A stretch of 64,000 bases of DNA from Deltaproteobacteria bacterium. Lineage in GTDB: Bacteria; Desulfobacterota; Desulfomonilia; UBA1062. Shown here piece by piece: positions 17,684-27,933 of the stretch (position 1 is its first letter; each line of letters opens with the position of its first letter). Below the pieces are notes generated by a model. It did no database searches, was not told where the DNA came from, and worked only from the letters and a program-made list of their open reading frames with translations. The stretch is from contig JAHDOV010000005.1 in assembly GCA_018434685.1 (NCBI GenBank), forward strand, positions 997 to 64,996, written 5' to 3'. The position numbers and the translations under genes were made by a program.

Positions 17684-19627
17684 ATGCAGTTCTTTCTCAA
17701 GAAGAATTTCTGGATTATTTTTCTGTTTGATCTACTCCTGCTCTCAGCTTGCTACTACCTTGCATACTGGTTGAGATTCGATGGAACCTTGACTCCTGTC
17801 ATCAAGAATAAGATCCTATCAACCATTATCCCGCTATTAGGTATAAAAATAAGCTGTTTCATCTTTTTTGACCTGTATAGAGGCATGTGGAGATATGCTG
17901 GCATAAAGGATCTTATTAATGTAATCAAAGCGTCCATTGCCGGGACCTTGATTTTTATCGTCTACCTTGCATCTTTTCATCACTTCTCAGGAACCTCTCG
18001 GGGAGTCTTGCTTGCAGATGCAGTATTGACAATAGTTCTCATCGGCGGAATGAGACTGTTGATCCGGTTATACTATCAGCGCGATCAGGATTTCTTTGAT
18101 GAAATCATCTTTTGGCGTAAGGCTCCAAAAGCAACCACGAAAGTCCTTATCATCGGAACAGGGCATCTTGCAGAAAGTCTGTTGAGAGAGGTCCGTGATC
18201 AGAAAACACTTAATTACAAACTGATAGGCTTTGTGGATGATGATCCAAAGAATAACGGTATGAAAATACATGGGGTCCCCATTCTTGGTGCCTTGAAGAA
18301 TATTCCTGAACTGGTCGAGTATTATGGTATAGAAAATATACTCATTGCCGATGTTGAGTTGAAGGCTAAAGAGATTGCGGAGATCATTGAGTCCTGCGAT
18401 GGCTTGGGTGTCCACTTCAAGGTTATTCCATCGTTTTCTGAGATGATTGCTAATAACGTCACTGAAAATCTCAGGGATATTAAAGTGGAGGACCTGCTTG
18501 AAAGAGAACAGGTTTCTCTTGATATGCATCTCGTAAGGGCTGAGATAGAATACCGGACTGTCTTGATAACGGGTGCCGGCGGGTCGATTGGGTCGGAACT
18601 TGCCAGACAGATCCATGCATTCAATCCACAACAGCTTATTCTCTTGGATAACGCAGAGACGCCATTATACCAGATAGATATGGAGCTCCGGTCAAGAGGT
18701 GGTGAAACTGAAGTTATACCTTGCATAGGTGATATACGGAGCAGACGGGGGTTGGACCGTGTATTTTATAAATACAAGCCGCAATTCGTGTATCATGCAG
18801 CTGCCTATAAACATGTGCCCATGATGGAATTGTCACCCATGGATGCGGTCAACAATAATATTATCGGGACATTCAAACTGGCAAGTGTTGCAAGCAGATA
18901 TCATGTCAATAAATTCGTCATGATATCAACAGACAAGGCAGTGCGGCCTACTTCTATCATGGGTACAACCAAGAGAATTGCTGAGATGGTTGTGCAGTCT
19001 CTCAATGGAAACGGTACACGGTTTGTGGTGGTGAGATTCGGGAATGTTTTAGGAAGTAATGGCAGTGTTGTGCCTCTGTTCCAGAAGCAGATAGCCTCCG
19101 GAGGGCCGGTAACGGTCACCCATCCTGAGGTCACCCGCTATTTCATGACGATCCCGGAGGCGGTCATGCTGGTGCTGCAGGCCGGTTCCATTGGCAAAGG
19201 CGGGGAATTATTCCTGCTTGATATGGGTGAGCCGGTAAAAATAGTTGATCTGGCAAAGAATATGATACGCCTGGCGGGGCTCGTTCCCGATCGTGACATC
19301 AGGGTAGAATTTATCGGACTGCGACCTGGTGAAAAGTTATACGAAGAGCTGCTGATAGATGGTGAAGGAGTGCTCGATACAGCATTTGACAAGATCAAGG
19401 TGTGCAACAATGCAAACGGGTTCGATGAAGCGATACTGTATGAGGCCATCGAGCATTTCAATCTGTTGCTGAAAGACTCCAGAGACAATGAAGCTGTTAT
19501 AAAGGTGCTGAAGAAACTCGTACCAGCTTTTCATTGGGATGACCGGGTTCGAAAGATGGAAGCACAAAAAGAATATACATATGCAAAGAATGATAAGAAC
19601 ATTGCGGTAGAGGGCAGGGTACACTAA
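17684..19627 (+). CDS. Membrane-anchored UDP-GlcNAc 4,6-dehydratase (PglF/CapD/WbpM family)
   Basis: Four N-terminal TM helices, a first Rossmann-like domain, then an SDR domain: LITGAGGSIGSEL, YHAAAYKHVP (Y-x3-K), FVMISTDKAV. Confidence 0.85.
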   Translation: MQFFLKKNFWIIFLFDLLLLSACYYLAYWLRFDGTLTPVIKNKILSTIIPLLGIKISCFIFFDLYRGMWRYAGIKDLINVIKASIAGTLIFIVYLASFHHFSGTSRGVLLADAVLTIVLIGGMRLLIRLYYQRDQDFFDEIIFWRKAPKATTKVLIIGTGHLAESLLREVRDQKTLNYKLIGFVDDDPKNNGMKIHGVPILGALKNIPELVEYYGIENILIADVELKAKEIAEIIESCDGLGVHFKVIPSFSEMIANNVTENLRDIKVEDLLEREQVSLDMHLVRAEIEYRTVLITGAGGSIGSELARQIHAFNPQQLILLDNAETPLYQIDMELRSRGGETEVIPCIGDIRSRRGLDRVFYKYKPQFVYHAAAYKHVPMMELSPMDAVNNNIIGTFKLASVASRYHVNKFVMISTDKAVRPTSIMGTTKRIAEMVVQSLNGNGTRFVVVRFGNVLGSNGSVVPLFQKQIASGGPVTVTHPEVTRYFMTIPEAVMLVLQAGSIGKGGELFLLDMGEPVKIVDLAKNMIRLAGLVPDRDIRVEFIGLRPGEKLYEELLIDGEGVLDTAFDKIKVCNNANGFDEAILYEAIEHFNLLLKDSRDNEAVIKVLKKLVPAFHWDDRVRKMEAQKEYTYAKNDKNIAVEGRVH

Positions 19628-19898
19628 AAAAATTCTGTAACTGAGATCGTGAAGATTGCCTCAAGATCTTAAAACCCTGTAATAATCAAAGAAGAAGCCA
19701 TCGCTTGATGATACCTGCAAGTTGATTGTCGGCCTTTTAACAGTAAGTACATTCCTTTGAAGTCGGATCTCCAAGAAAATGCTTGGCCCTGTTTTTTGAT
19801 TCCCCATGCTTGGAAATGACGGAATATAGATTTGTTGGAGTTAAATGGCAAGAAAGCAAAAGTGAGTTGTCGGGAATTAATCCCTGAGAAAGACTAAT

Positions 19899-21317
19899 TT
19901 GACGAAGAAGATCCTGATTACAAATTTCAGTGCACTTACAGTTATGCAGATAGTGCAATACGTTGTGCCGCTGATTGTGCTTCCATACCTGGTGAGGGTT
20001 ATCGGGCCGGCGAAATTCGGGATTATTTCATTTGCCCAGGCCATAGCATATTATTTTGCACTGCTGCCGGATATTGGCACAAACCTCTATGCGCCCAGAG
20101 AAATCGCCTTGATAAAGCAGGATCAAAAAGAGCTGTCAGTTTTTGTCACGGGGGTTCTGGCATTGAAGGTTCTGGTGCTGATGTTGACCCTGCTGCTCTA
20201 TTTTGCAATGATATCATTTGTGCCACGTTTTCAGGATGAATTACTGGTGTTCATTTTCAGCGCTGGGTACATTATCGGAGAAAGTTTTATCCCGGTGTGG
20301 TTCTTCCAGGGTATCGAAAAGATGGTAAATATTACCACCGGCATTTTTTTTATCCGGATCCTGGGCCTGATATCGATATTTATTTTCATAAGGCAACCTG
20401 CTGATTATGTATATGTACCCCTGGTGAACTCAGGGGCATTGATCATCGGGGTGATTTTCATGTATTCGCTGGTATTCTTCAGGGAGGGCGTCAGGATCTA
20501 TACGCCGAGTTTCAAGCTGCTCGACAAGATCATCAGGGAATCATTGCCGCTGTTCGTTTCCAACCTGGTGAGGAATCTCCATGTCGGGATCAATGTAGTT
20601 GTTCTGGGCTTTTTCACCTCCAATACCATAGTCGGGTACTACTCTGCTGCCGAGAGGCTCATAAAGGTGGGCATGGGGCTTCTGGTTCAGGTGAGCAATG
20701 TGTTCTATCCCTACACATCAAGAATGCTCAAGGTGTCGCGGGAAGCTGGAGTGGCGTCTATGAGAACAGGGATTGTGGCCGGAATGCTCTTATCAGTACC
20801 TGCAACCATATTTGTCGTAACCTATGCGGAGTTTATTGTTTCGGTAATGTTCGGGAGTGATTTCACAGGAAGTATCCCGTCTCTGAGAATACTAGGCATG
20901 CTTTTCCTGATAACAGGCTTGGGCAACATCCTGGGGATGCAGATACTGCTACCGCTCGGAAAGCGGCAGATGTATATGCGTCCAGTCCTTGGTGGATTCA
21001 TTCTGCACCTTATCCTTGTCTTTATGCTTGTACCGTGCCTTCAAACGGTTGGTGCTGCCATGGCCTTTGTTATGGCTCAAATTGCGGCAACGCTTTGGAT
21101 GAGTTGTTTGGTCAAGAGACTTTCGCTTGGGATTGTTTCTGTATCAGCAGGTTTGAAGATGATGGGTCTATCCACGGGGTTGGTGGTGTTCTCACTGATA
21201 TCATGGTTCATGGATATCAATACTATTATAAGCATAGGAATCTTCTGTGTTATTTATATATCCTTGGTCCTGGCGTTACGAATCGTAGACCTGCGATCCT
21301 GGTCGATAATAGTGTGA
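19899..21317 (+). CDS. Second Wzx-like flippase (MOP superfamily)
   Basis: About 12-14 TM helices. The N-terminus (ALTVMQIVQYVVPLIVLPYLVRVIGPAKFGIISFAQA) is typical of Wzx/RfbX proteins. TTG start. Confidence 0.7.
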   Translation: MTKKILITNFSALTVMQIVQYVVPLIVLPYLVRVIGPAKFGIISFAQAIAYYFALLPDIGTNLYAPREIALIKQDQKELSVFVTGVLALKVLVLMLTLLLYFAMISFVPRFQDELLVFIFSAGYIIGESFIPVWFFQGIEKMVNITTGIFFIRILGLISIFIFIRQPADYVYVPLVNSGALIIGVIFMYSLVFFREGVRIYTPSFKLLDKIIRESLPLFVSNLVRNLHVGINVVVLGFFTSNTIVGYYSAAERLIKVGMGLLVQVSNVFYPYTSRMLKVSREAGVASMRTGIVAGMLLSVPATIFVVTYAEFIVSVMFGSDFTGSIPSLRILGMLFLITGLGNILGMQILLPLGKRQMYMRPVLGGFILHLILVFMLVPCLQTVGAAMAFVMAQIAATLWMSCLVKRLSLGIVSVSAGLKMMGLSTGLVVFSLISWFMDINTIISIGIFCVIYISLVLALRIVDLRSWSIIV

Positions 21318-21363
21318 GGTTCGATGATGAGAGATAAACGAATCTTTAAAGAATAGTAGATAG

Positions 21364-23040
21364 ATGTCGAGAGTTCATCTGATGAGATTATCTTCCACTG
21401 AGAGAGAGTATGTTATAGAGGGGGTGACCAAGCGGTATAGTAACTGGCTGGCTGCCTCTTTTCTCGTTGTATATTTCATAGCAATGATTCTGCTCTTTCC
21501 CCCATTACATGAGCTGAGTGTGTTGCTCTGGATGTATTGTGTTCTCTTCATGCTGTTAATCATATATTCCCCCAAATGGTGGCTCTGGGGTGCCATCATT
21601 ACCATATGCTCGCTGGGCTTTGTCCCCAATCTGTATGGGGTTTTCAATAAACAGGTTATTGATGGTTCTGTTCTCAGTATAGCTTATATACAACAGATCC
21701 AGGCCTCGGGACTGAAAGACCGGGTTATTTCTCTGCCGCTCCTTGGCCTGCCCCCAGGCATTCTCATATGGTGGTTAAGGAACCCGAAGATTATTGTTCC
21801 CCGGTCATTCCTTTCGATTGCCGGTTTCTGTGTAATGATGATCGGTTCATCTGTGTATGTCTGCATGAAGTACATTCATATCTCATTCATGCCGCTTGAT
21901 TTCACTATAGCCGTACCGGAGATCTTTGAGAAACTACCCTATGCTCGGCAGTGGTGGCAGGCAGGTATGCCCTATACCTTGATGTCCTTCACCTTAACGC
22001 TTACCTTCGCCAGTTTGATGGGGAGTATGCTCCTTCTGGTCGTTTATAACCTGCTGCGGAAGATCGATTTTTTGAGAAGTGCTTTTTCCGCTCTGACTAT
22101 TGCTGCCGTAATTAGCGTTTGTTACGGTCTTGCACAGATGAAAGGCCTGGTTCCTGTCTTCACTCCGGGAGGAAGCCTTGAATCGACCTTTCAGAGCCAG
22201 GGCAGTTATGGGGTTTTTGTCGGCATAGGTTGTGTTCTTCTTTTTAGCAGGTTGATTCTCTCAAGGAATAGGGCAGGTATATATGGGCTATTGTTTGTAT
22301 TCTCCCTCCTTGGTCTGTTCATAAACCAGACGCGGACGGCCCTGGTTGCTCTGGCAATTAGCCCGCTCGTAATCTATGCAGGATACCTGTTACTTCGCCG
22401 TCAAGGGGTGTATCTTTTCAATAGCTGGAAGAAAAAGGGATTAATGCTGCTTATGGCGGTGATAGTGGTGTCAGGCTTTGCATTAAGTATCCCTGATATT
22501 AATAAATATGTTCTCCAGAACTGCCGGAATCCTTTTATTGTGCGTACGGTACAGTCTTTCGATTTCGACAGGGAGCTCGATAAAACATTCTCCGGGAGAA
22601 TGCATATCTGGTCTGAATGCATGGAGATCTGGCATGAAAAGCCAATTTTTGGCTGTGGGCAGGGGCAACTCTATTGGGAGTTGAAAGCTCGTCGTACCGC
22701 GGATACTGCTGCAAACCAGTTCATTCTTGTGCTGGCGGAGTTGGGGATCATCGGATTGGGCCTCTTCCTCTGGGTGATATTCTCGATCTTCAGGGATCTT
22801 GCCAGACCTGTCTTCTCAAAAAAAGATGAGTATGATTATGCCTCATGGCTCATATGCTGCTCCCTGGTGGTGTGCATTCTCGTGCAATCATTCACTGTCC
22901 ATGTGCTTCACTTTCCAAATCTGCCGCTTCTGGTCGGGGTTATAGTTGCCATGGCGCTTGCCTGCTCGAGGCCATGCCCTGATTCATCAGAGAATAACTC
23001 CGCTCAAGCAAGTTTACCAGAAGGAACGATAGAACCCTGA
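21364..23040 (+). CDS. O-antigen ligase / Wzy_C-domain polytopic membrane protein
   Basis: Polytopic protein. Wzy_C-like block: NQTRTALVALAI ... FSGRMHIWSECMEIWHEKPIFGCGQGQLYW ... ANQFILVLAELGIIGL. Confidence 0.65.
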   Translation: MSRVHLMRLSSTEREYVIEGVTKRYSNWLAASFLVVYFIAMILLFPPLHELSVLLWMYCVLFMLLIIYSPKWWLWGAIITICSLGFVPNLYGVFNKQVIDGSVLSIAYIQQIQASGLKDRVISLPLLGLPPGILIWWLRNPKIIVPRSFLSIAGFCVMMIGSSVYVCMKYIHISFMPLDFTIAVPEIFEKLPYARQWWQAGMPYTLMSFTLTLTFASLMGSMLLLVVYNLLRKIDFLRSAFSALTIAAVISVCYGLAQMKGLVPVFTPGGSLESTFQSQGSYGVFVGIGCVLLFSRLILSRNRAGIYGLLFVFSLLGLFINQTRTALVALAISPLVIYAGYLLLRRQGVYLFNSWKKKGLMLLMAVIVVSGFALSIPDINKYVLQNCRNPFIVRTVQSFDFDRELDKTFSGRMHIWSECMEIWHEKPIFGCGQGQLYWELKARRTADTAANQFILVLAELGIIGLGLFLWVIFSIFRDLARPVFSKKDEYDYASWLICCSLVVCILVQSFTVHVLHFPNLPLLVGVIVAMALACSRPCPDSSENNSAQASLPEGTIEP

Positions 23041-23104
23041 AATGGTTAATACACCACATTGCAGGAGTTGCTTCAGCTGCAACATTTTCCGGGGGTAAGG
23101 GAAC

Positions 23105-24022
23105 ATGTCACTGAAACTATCAGTTATCATACCCACTCTGAATGCCGGTAAATATCTCCCGGTCCTGCTTGGGAGGCTTTCTACCCAGACAATTTCTGAT
23201 AAGGAAATAATTATCGTAGATTCGGCATCGGATGATGAAACAGCGGAGGTTGGCCGTTCGTTCGGTGCCTCTGTCAAATCCATAGCTCGAAACGAATTCA
23301 ACCATGGGCGAACCAGGAATATGGCTGCCAGAGATGCTTCAGGTGAATTTCTTGCATTCCTCACACAGGATGCGCTCCCGGTCGATGATCTGATGCTTGA
23401 GAATCTTATAAACCCGATGGAGAGAGATGAAACAATTGCGGTTACGTATGGCAGGCAAATAGCCTATATGCACTCCCGTCCTGTTGAAAGGTTCATCCGC
23501 TCTTTCAATTATCCTGAAGTGAGCAATACCAGGGACACAACAGACATCGAGCACCTCGGGGTCAAGACCTTCTTCTGCAGCAATGCCTGTGCTTCATACA
23601 GGAATGAGACCTTCCGGCGACTCGGCGGCTTCAGGGATGACACCATCATGAACGAGGATATGGAATTGGTCTTCAGGTCTGTAATAGCGGGGCACAGGGT
23701 CCATTATGCCGCGGATGCACAGGTGTGGCATTCCCATGACTATACGCTGAGGGAACAGTTCCGGCGCTACGTGGATATCGGGGTGTTTTTTGCGGATAAC
23801 AGGCGACTGGCACGCTATGCGAGAAATGAGAGCGAGGGAAAGAAATACATCGTGCAGGCCGCTCGGTACTTGATGCAGAACAAAGAGCCACAGGAATTGC
23901 TGCACCTTTTTCTCGACAGCGTTGCGAGGCTTATCGGGTACAGGGTGGGGATTAAATATAAGGCCCTGCCGAGGTCATCGATGAATTACCTGTCGATGAA
24001 CAAAAAATACTGGCTGCCGTAA
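23105..24022 (+). CDS. Glycosyltransferase family 2
   Basis: LSVIIPTLNAGKYL and IIIVDSASDDET (DxD-type region) within a GT-A fold N-terminal half. Confidence 0.8.
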   Translation: MSLKLSVIIPTLNAGKYLPVLLGRLSTQTISDKEIIIVDSASDDETAEVGRSFGASVKSIARNEFNHGRTRNMAARDASGEFLAFLTQDALPVDDLMLENLINPMERDETIAVTYGRQIAYMHSRPVERFIRSFNYPEVSNTRDTTDIEHLGVKTFFCSNACASYRNETFRRLGGFRDDTIMNEDMELVFRSVIAGHRVHYAADAQVWHSHDYTLREQFRRYVDIGVFFADNRRLARYARNESEGKKYIVQAARYLMQNKEPQELLHLFLDSVARLIGYRVGIKYKALPRSSMNYLSMNKKYWLP

Positions 24023-24201
24023 AACAGACTATATATAACTGTTGGAAAAAATATCTTAAAAGAATACAATACCAAAGTTGCTATTGTATTGTCATCTCGC
24101 TGATACGTATGGGAGGGACCCTGAAGCTATTCGAATTCCGGATTTCCGTTTTTGCAGGAAAGGCAATCTGAAAACAATCATTGCATCCGGCGATTGGCTC
24201 G

Positions 24202-25626
24202 ATGAACATGATAAACGGAATCATTAAAAAAGCTTTTCTTTCTCTTACCCTGATTGTCGGCGATATGTTCGCCATTTTTATGAGCTTTGTCACGGCCTTT
24301 TACATCAGGTCATGGCTTCTTGCAGAAGTATTCGGTTTATTCCCGAAGATGATTCATGGCCTCGATGTATACCTGAATGCATGGGTGCTGTTTTCTCTCT
24401 GGCTGCTCATATTTGGTTATGAAGGCCTCTATCCTTCAGTGGGGATGGGATTTTGGGATGAGACGAAATCTCTCCTGAAGGGTAATGGATTGGCCTTTAT
24501 CATCATAATTCTCCTCACGTTCCTCACGAAGACATCGATACAGTACTCCCGGCCGGTAATCTTCCTGGCCTTCATATTGTCAGTTGTCCTTCTGCCGGTC
24601 ATGAGGCGGAGCGCACGGTCTATCCTGAGACATATCGGGTTGTGGCATAAGGATGTTCTCATCGTTGGTTCCTCAGAGACCGTCAAAATCGTGCTCTGCA
24701 ATCTCAAAAAACATCCTGACTGGGGCTTGAAGCCAATGGGAGTGGTCATGCCCGGGAGTCAGAAATCAGGTATTCCAAAGAGCCTCCCGGTTTATGGGGA
24801 TATGGAACATATTCCCTTCAGGGTCGAAGAGGTTATTGTTGCCATGCCGGAGTTATCACGTGCAAAGCTCGTTGAGGTCGTCGAGAATGCCATGAAGATC
24901 GCACCGGTTGTCAAGATGTTGCCCGATCTCTATGGGGTTGTATCCGTAGGGGTCAAGACCTACGACCTGGATGGCATGCTGCTTCTGGAAATGGAAGACA
25001 GGCTGGCGCTGAGAAAAAACGCCTTCATGAAACGTACCTTCGACATTATATGTTCGCTGTCCGCAATACTGTTTCTCTCCCCTTTGTTTGGGCTCATTAT
25101 GGCTCTGATAAGGCTTGATTCTCAGGGGCCCATCTTTTTCGGGCATAAGCGCCTGGGAAAGAGTGGTCGACATTTTACATGTTACAAGTTTCGAACCATG
25201 CTGCCCAATGCCCAAGAGATCCTCGATGAGCTTCTTGAAAATGATCCTGAGGCGAGAGCACAATGGGATAAGGATTTTAAACTGAAAGATGATCCACGGA
25301 TTACGAAAATCGGGCATTTTCTGAGAAAGACAAGCCTCGATGAACTGCCGCAGATCTGGAATGTGCTCAAGGGGGATATGAGTCTGGTGGGGCCGAGACC
25401 CATCGTGGATGAAGAGGTTGAGAGGTATCGCGATAAATCCCGGTATTTTTTCAGGGTAACACCAGGGATAACCGGGCTCTGGCAGGTTTCCGGGCGCAAT
25501 GATGTGGATTACGACGAACGTGTTATCCTCGATGAGTACTATGCAAAGAACTGGTCGCTCTGGCTTGATATTGAGCTCCTGATGCGCACCTTCGGGGCGG
25601 TAGTGAAAAAAAAGGGAGCCTACTGA
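24202..25626 (+). CDS. WbaP-type polyprenyl-phosphate hexose-1-phosphate transferase (large PGT), copy 1
   Basis: N-terminal block of 4-5 TM helices, a central soluble domain, and a C-terminal sugar-transferase domain ([57 protein letters not shown]). It ends in the WbaP-like tail KKGAY. The track ORF begins at TTG 24181. Confidence 0.85.
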   Translation: MNMINGIIKKAFLSLTLIVGDMFAIFMSFVTAFYIRSWLLAEVFGLFPKMIHGLDVYLNAWVLFSLWLLIFGYEGLYPSVGMGFWDETKSLLKGNGLAFIIIILLTFLTKTSIQYSRPVIFLAFILSVVLLPVMRRSARSILRHIGLWHKDVLIVGSSETVKIVLCNLKKHPDWGLKPMGVVMPGSQKSGIPKSLPVYGDMEHIPFRVEEVIVAMPELSRAKLVEVVENAMKIAPVVKMLPDLYGVVSVGVKTYDLDGMLLLEMEDRLALRKNAFMKRTFDIICSLSAILFLSPLFGLIMALIRLDSQGPIFFGHKRLGKSGRHFTCYKFRTMLPNAQEILDELLENDPEARAQWDKDFKLKDDPRITKIGHFLRKTSLDELPQIWNVLKGDMSLVGPRPIVDEEVERYRDKSRYFFRVTPGITGLWQVSGRNDVDYDERVILDEYYAKNWSLWLDIELLMRTFGAVVKKKGAY

Positions 25627-25627
25627 G

Positions 25628-27013
25628 TTGTTGTCACAGACCTTCATGTCTCTGAACAGGAAGATGGAGAACATACCCTCAGGAAAGCTCATGCTGATCG
25701 TGGGTACTGGGGCTTTCCTGGCACTCCTGCCCGCCTGGATAAACTATGACATCATATCGAGGGACGGGGCCTTTCAATATGTACCTGCAGCCAAGGTGTT
25801 TCTCTCGGGTAATTTCCGGGAAGGATTTCTGAGGCCCGAGCTTCCGCTTTTTCCCCTGATCATAGCAGGTATAACAAAACTGACCGGATTCAGTCTTGAG
25901 TTTTCAGGTCGGGTTGCTTCATACCTGGCCTTTGTTCTGGCCGCCATAGGGATGTTCAAGGTGGGCGAGGTTCTTTTCAAGAATCGGGGCATTGCTCTTC
26001 TGGCGGTTTTATTTCTGATTACAAACCGTGAGTTTGTCGATTGTTCCGTGGACTGTCTCAAGGAGGCACTGCTGATTTGCTGTATTCTCTGGGGCAATTA
26101 CCTGATTCTCAAAGGAATCGCTGCTGCAGGAGAGAAACATACATATTATATTCTTGGTACGATAACTTTATTGGCAGGGGCATTATTTCGGAGCACGGCG
26201 CTCGTTTTTCTCTGTGCATGGATTATAATATGGGTATTCTATAAGAAAGAGGAAAGATTTATCCGCGCAGCTTTGTTTCTTATTCCCGTGACGCTTGTGC
26301 TAGTCATATGGGTGATAAATCCAGATCTGCCGATATTCAGGAAGAGTTTCCAGTTCGGGTATTTCTTTATTTCTTCCCATAGTGCCATGGACATATTCAA
26401 ATCCAGTGTGAATGTTATTATGGAATTCTTTTCCAGAGGCAATGCGTTCATTATTCTTTTTGGGTTGTTTGGGCTTTATCACTACACCAGAGACTATTAC
26501 TACATGCATGTATGTCTTGTGTTGGGGATGTTTTTCCTGATTTTAATAATGTGGCTGTTTGCCTCAGGGAGATATTTTCTGGCACCGATCTCCTGGATAT
26601 ATCCCCTTGCTGCGTATGCAGTGGCCCGGACTTTTCGATTAGCATCGAACCCCTTGAAGGCTATTGCATTCCTGACAGTTGTTTCTGCCATTGTCTTATG
26701 GGCTGATGTTGCCTTTACCCCTCCGGATCAGGACAAACTAGCGCGGAAAGATGCTGGTGAGTGGATTCTGGCCAGTCTCGGTCAGGATCAAGAGATTATC
26801 AGCAACAGAGATCGGCTTGTCTTTTATGCCCAGGGAAGCTATATTCCCCTTTCAGATTTTCAGGAGACTGATCTTTTCAGTCGGGTTATTGCAATCGATA
26901 CCATGCTTGAAGACGCCAAGCTTCTTCAGGAGAAGATACGTTCGCGGGGGATTATTCCGGATAAACAGTTTCGGTCCATCTCGGTTTACTTGGCAACTCC
27001 CCCAGGTTCTTGA
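25628..27013 (+). CDS. GT-C-fold (ArnT/PMT_2-like) membrane glycosyltransferase candidate, copy 1
   Basis: About 11 TM helices. The first-loop Asp motif (ISRDGAFQYVP), ELPLFPLIIAG, and a C-terminal ~100-aa soluble domain resemble ArnT/PMT-type GT-C enzymes. It is clearly paralogous to 36847-38748. The start is uncertain (25628 TTG, 25646 or 25664 ATG). Existence of the gene is firmer than the function. Confidence 0.6.
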   Translation: MLSQTFMSLNRKMENIPSGKLMLIVGTGAFLALLPAWINYDIISRDGAFQYVPAAKVFLSGNFREGFLRPELPLFPLIIAGITKLTGFSLEFSGRVASYLAFVLAAIGMFKVGEVLFKNRGIALLAVLFLITNREFVDCSVDCLKEALLICCILWGNYLILKGIAAAGEKHTYYILGTITLLAGALFRSTALVFLCAWIIIWVFYKKEERFIRAALFLIPVTLVLVIWVINPDLPIFRKSFQFGYFFISSHSAMDIFKSSVNVIMEFFSRGNAFIILFGLFGLYHYTRDYYYMHVCLVLGMFFLILIMWLFASGRYFLAPISWIYPLAAYAVARTFRLASNPLKAIAFLTVVSAIVLWADVAFTPPDQDKLARKDAGEWILASLGQDQEIISNRDRLVFYAQGSYIPLSDFQETDLFSRVIAIDTMLEDAKLLQEKIRSRGIIPDKQFRSISVYLATPPGS

Positions 27014-27035
27014 CTAAACAGGGGCTTAATGATAC

Positions 27036-27485
27036 ATGGCTCACTTGGACGACTGCTCTTTGATGAAACTGGCGCTGGAAGAGGCGAGAACCGCAGCCAG
27101 CCTCGGTGAGGTTCCGGTGGGTGCCGTGCTCGTGGCGGGTGATCTTGTCGTAAAGGGTCACAACCGGGTAATCAGTGATGCCGACCCGACTGCACATGCA
27201 GAGATTGTCGTAATGCGCGAGGCCGCACAAAGGATCGGCAACTACCGCCTGGTAGGTGCAAGCCTGTACGTGACCCTGGAGCCGTGTATCATGTGTGTCG
27301 GTGCCATCGTACAGGCTCGGATCCAAAGGCTGGTGTATGCGGTGCAGGATCCCCGGTACGGCGCTGTGGAATCGATGCTGAGGGCATTCGATCTGAACGT
27401 GAACCACAAGCCCGAGATCTGCTCGGGTGTTTTGCACGAGCAGGCAGGCTTATTATTGACGAAATTTTTTCAGGCACGAAGAAAA

Positions 27486-27509
<24 letters not shown>
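27036..27509 (+). CDS. tadA: tRNA-specific adenosine deaminase
   Basis: CDA zinc motifs HAEIVVMREAA and LEPCIMCVGAI, with typical TadA length and termini. Confidence 0.9.
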
Positions 27510-27578
<69 letters not shown>

Positions 27579-27615
27579 TAAAAACATTTACAACAATAAG
27601 TTGAAAGTCTTCTTC

Positions 27616-27636
27616 AGCCGGTAACGGCTTCGTTTT
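27616..27636 (+). terminator. Weak intrinsic-terminator-like hairpin after tRNA-Ser
   Basis: AGCCG-GTAA-CGGCT stem-loop followed by TCGTTTT. The stem is only 5 bp. Confidence 0.3.
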
Positions 27637-27933
27637 ATATCCATAGTCTTTCCTCGAAACCCTCCTGTAACCGTGTCGTAACAATTCCGAGAGCACCACT
27701 TACTCCACTTCTGCATTCACCTGTTGAGCGGCAGAACCTGGGCTGCGACAGGAGGGTGCATGCCCTTTTTGGGGGATTGCCCCGTGATTTCTCTCAGACG
27801 CCTATGCATGGGTGGTTGAACCGGATCACCATATCCTGTAGGATGCCGCCCAGCGTCTGTTCCCGGCAGGACACTGCTGGTGTAGCATTGGGTGTGCGGG
27901 GCAGGCCGGAAAATGAACTGCTAAGGATGTGCT

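Noticed and set aside
25596-25603. GGCGGTAG, the 8-nt ops/JUMPStart core recognised by RfaH in enterobacterial polysaccharide operons, just before the GT-C gene.
   Set aside because: It lies inside the WbaP-type coding sequence and lacks the rest of the 39-bp JUMPStart context. An 8-mer is expected about twice by chance in 2 x 64 kb. RfaH/ops is documented mainly in gamma-proteobacteria.
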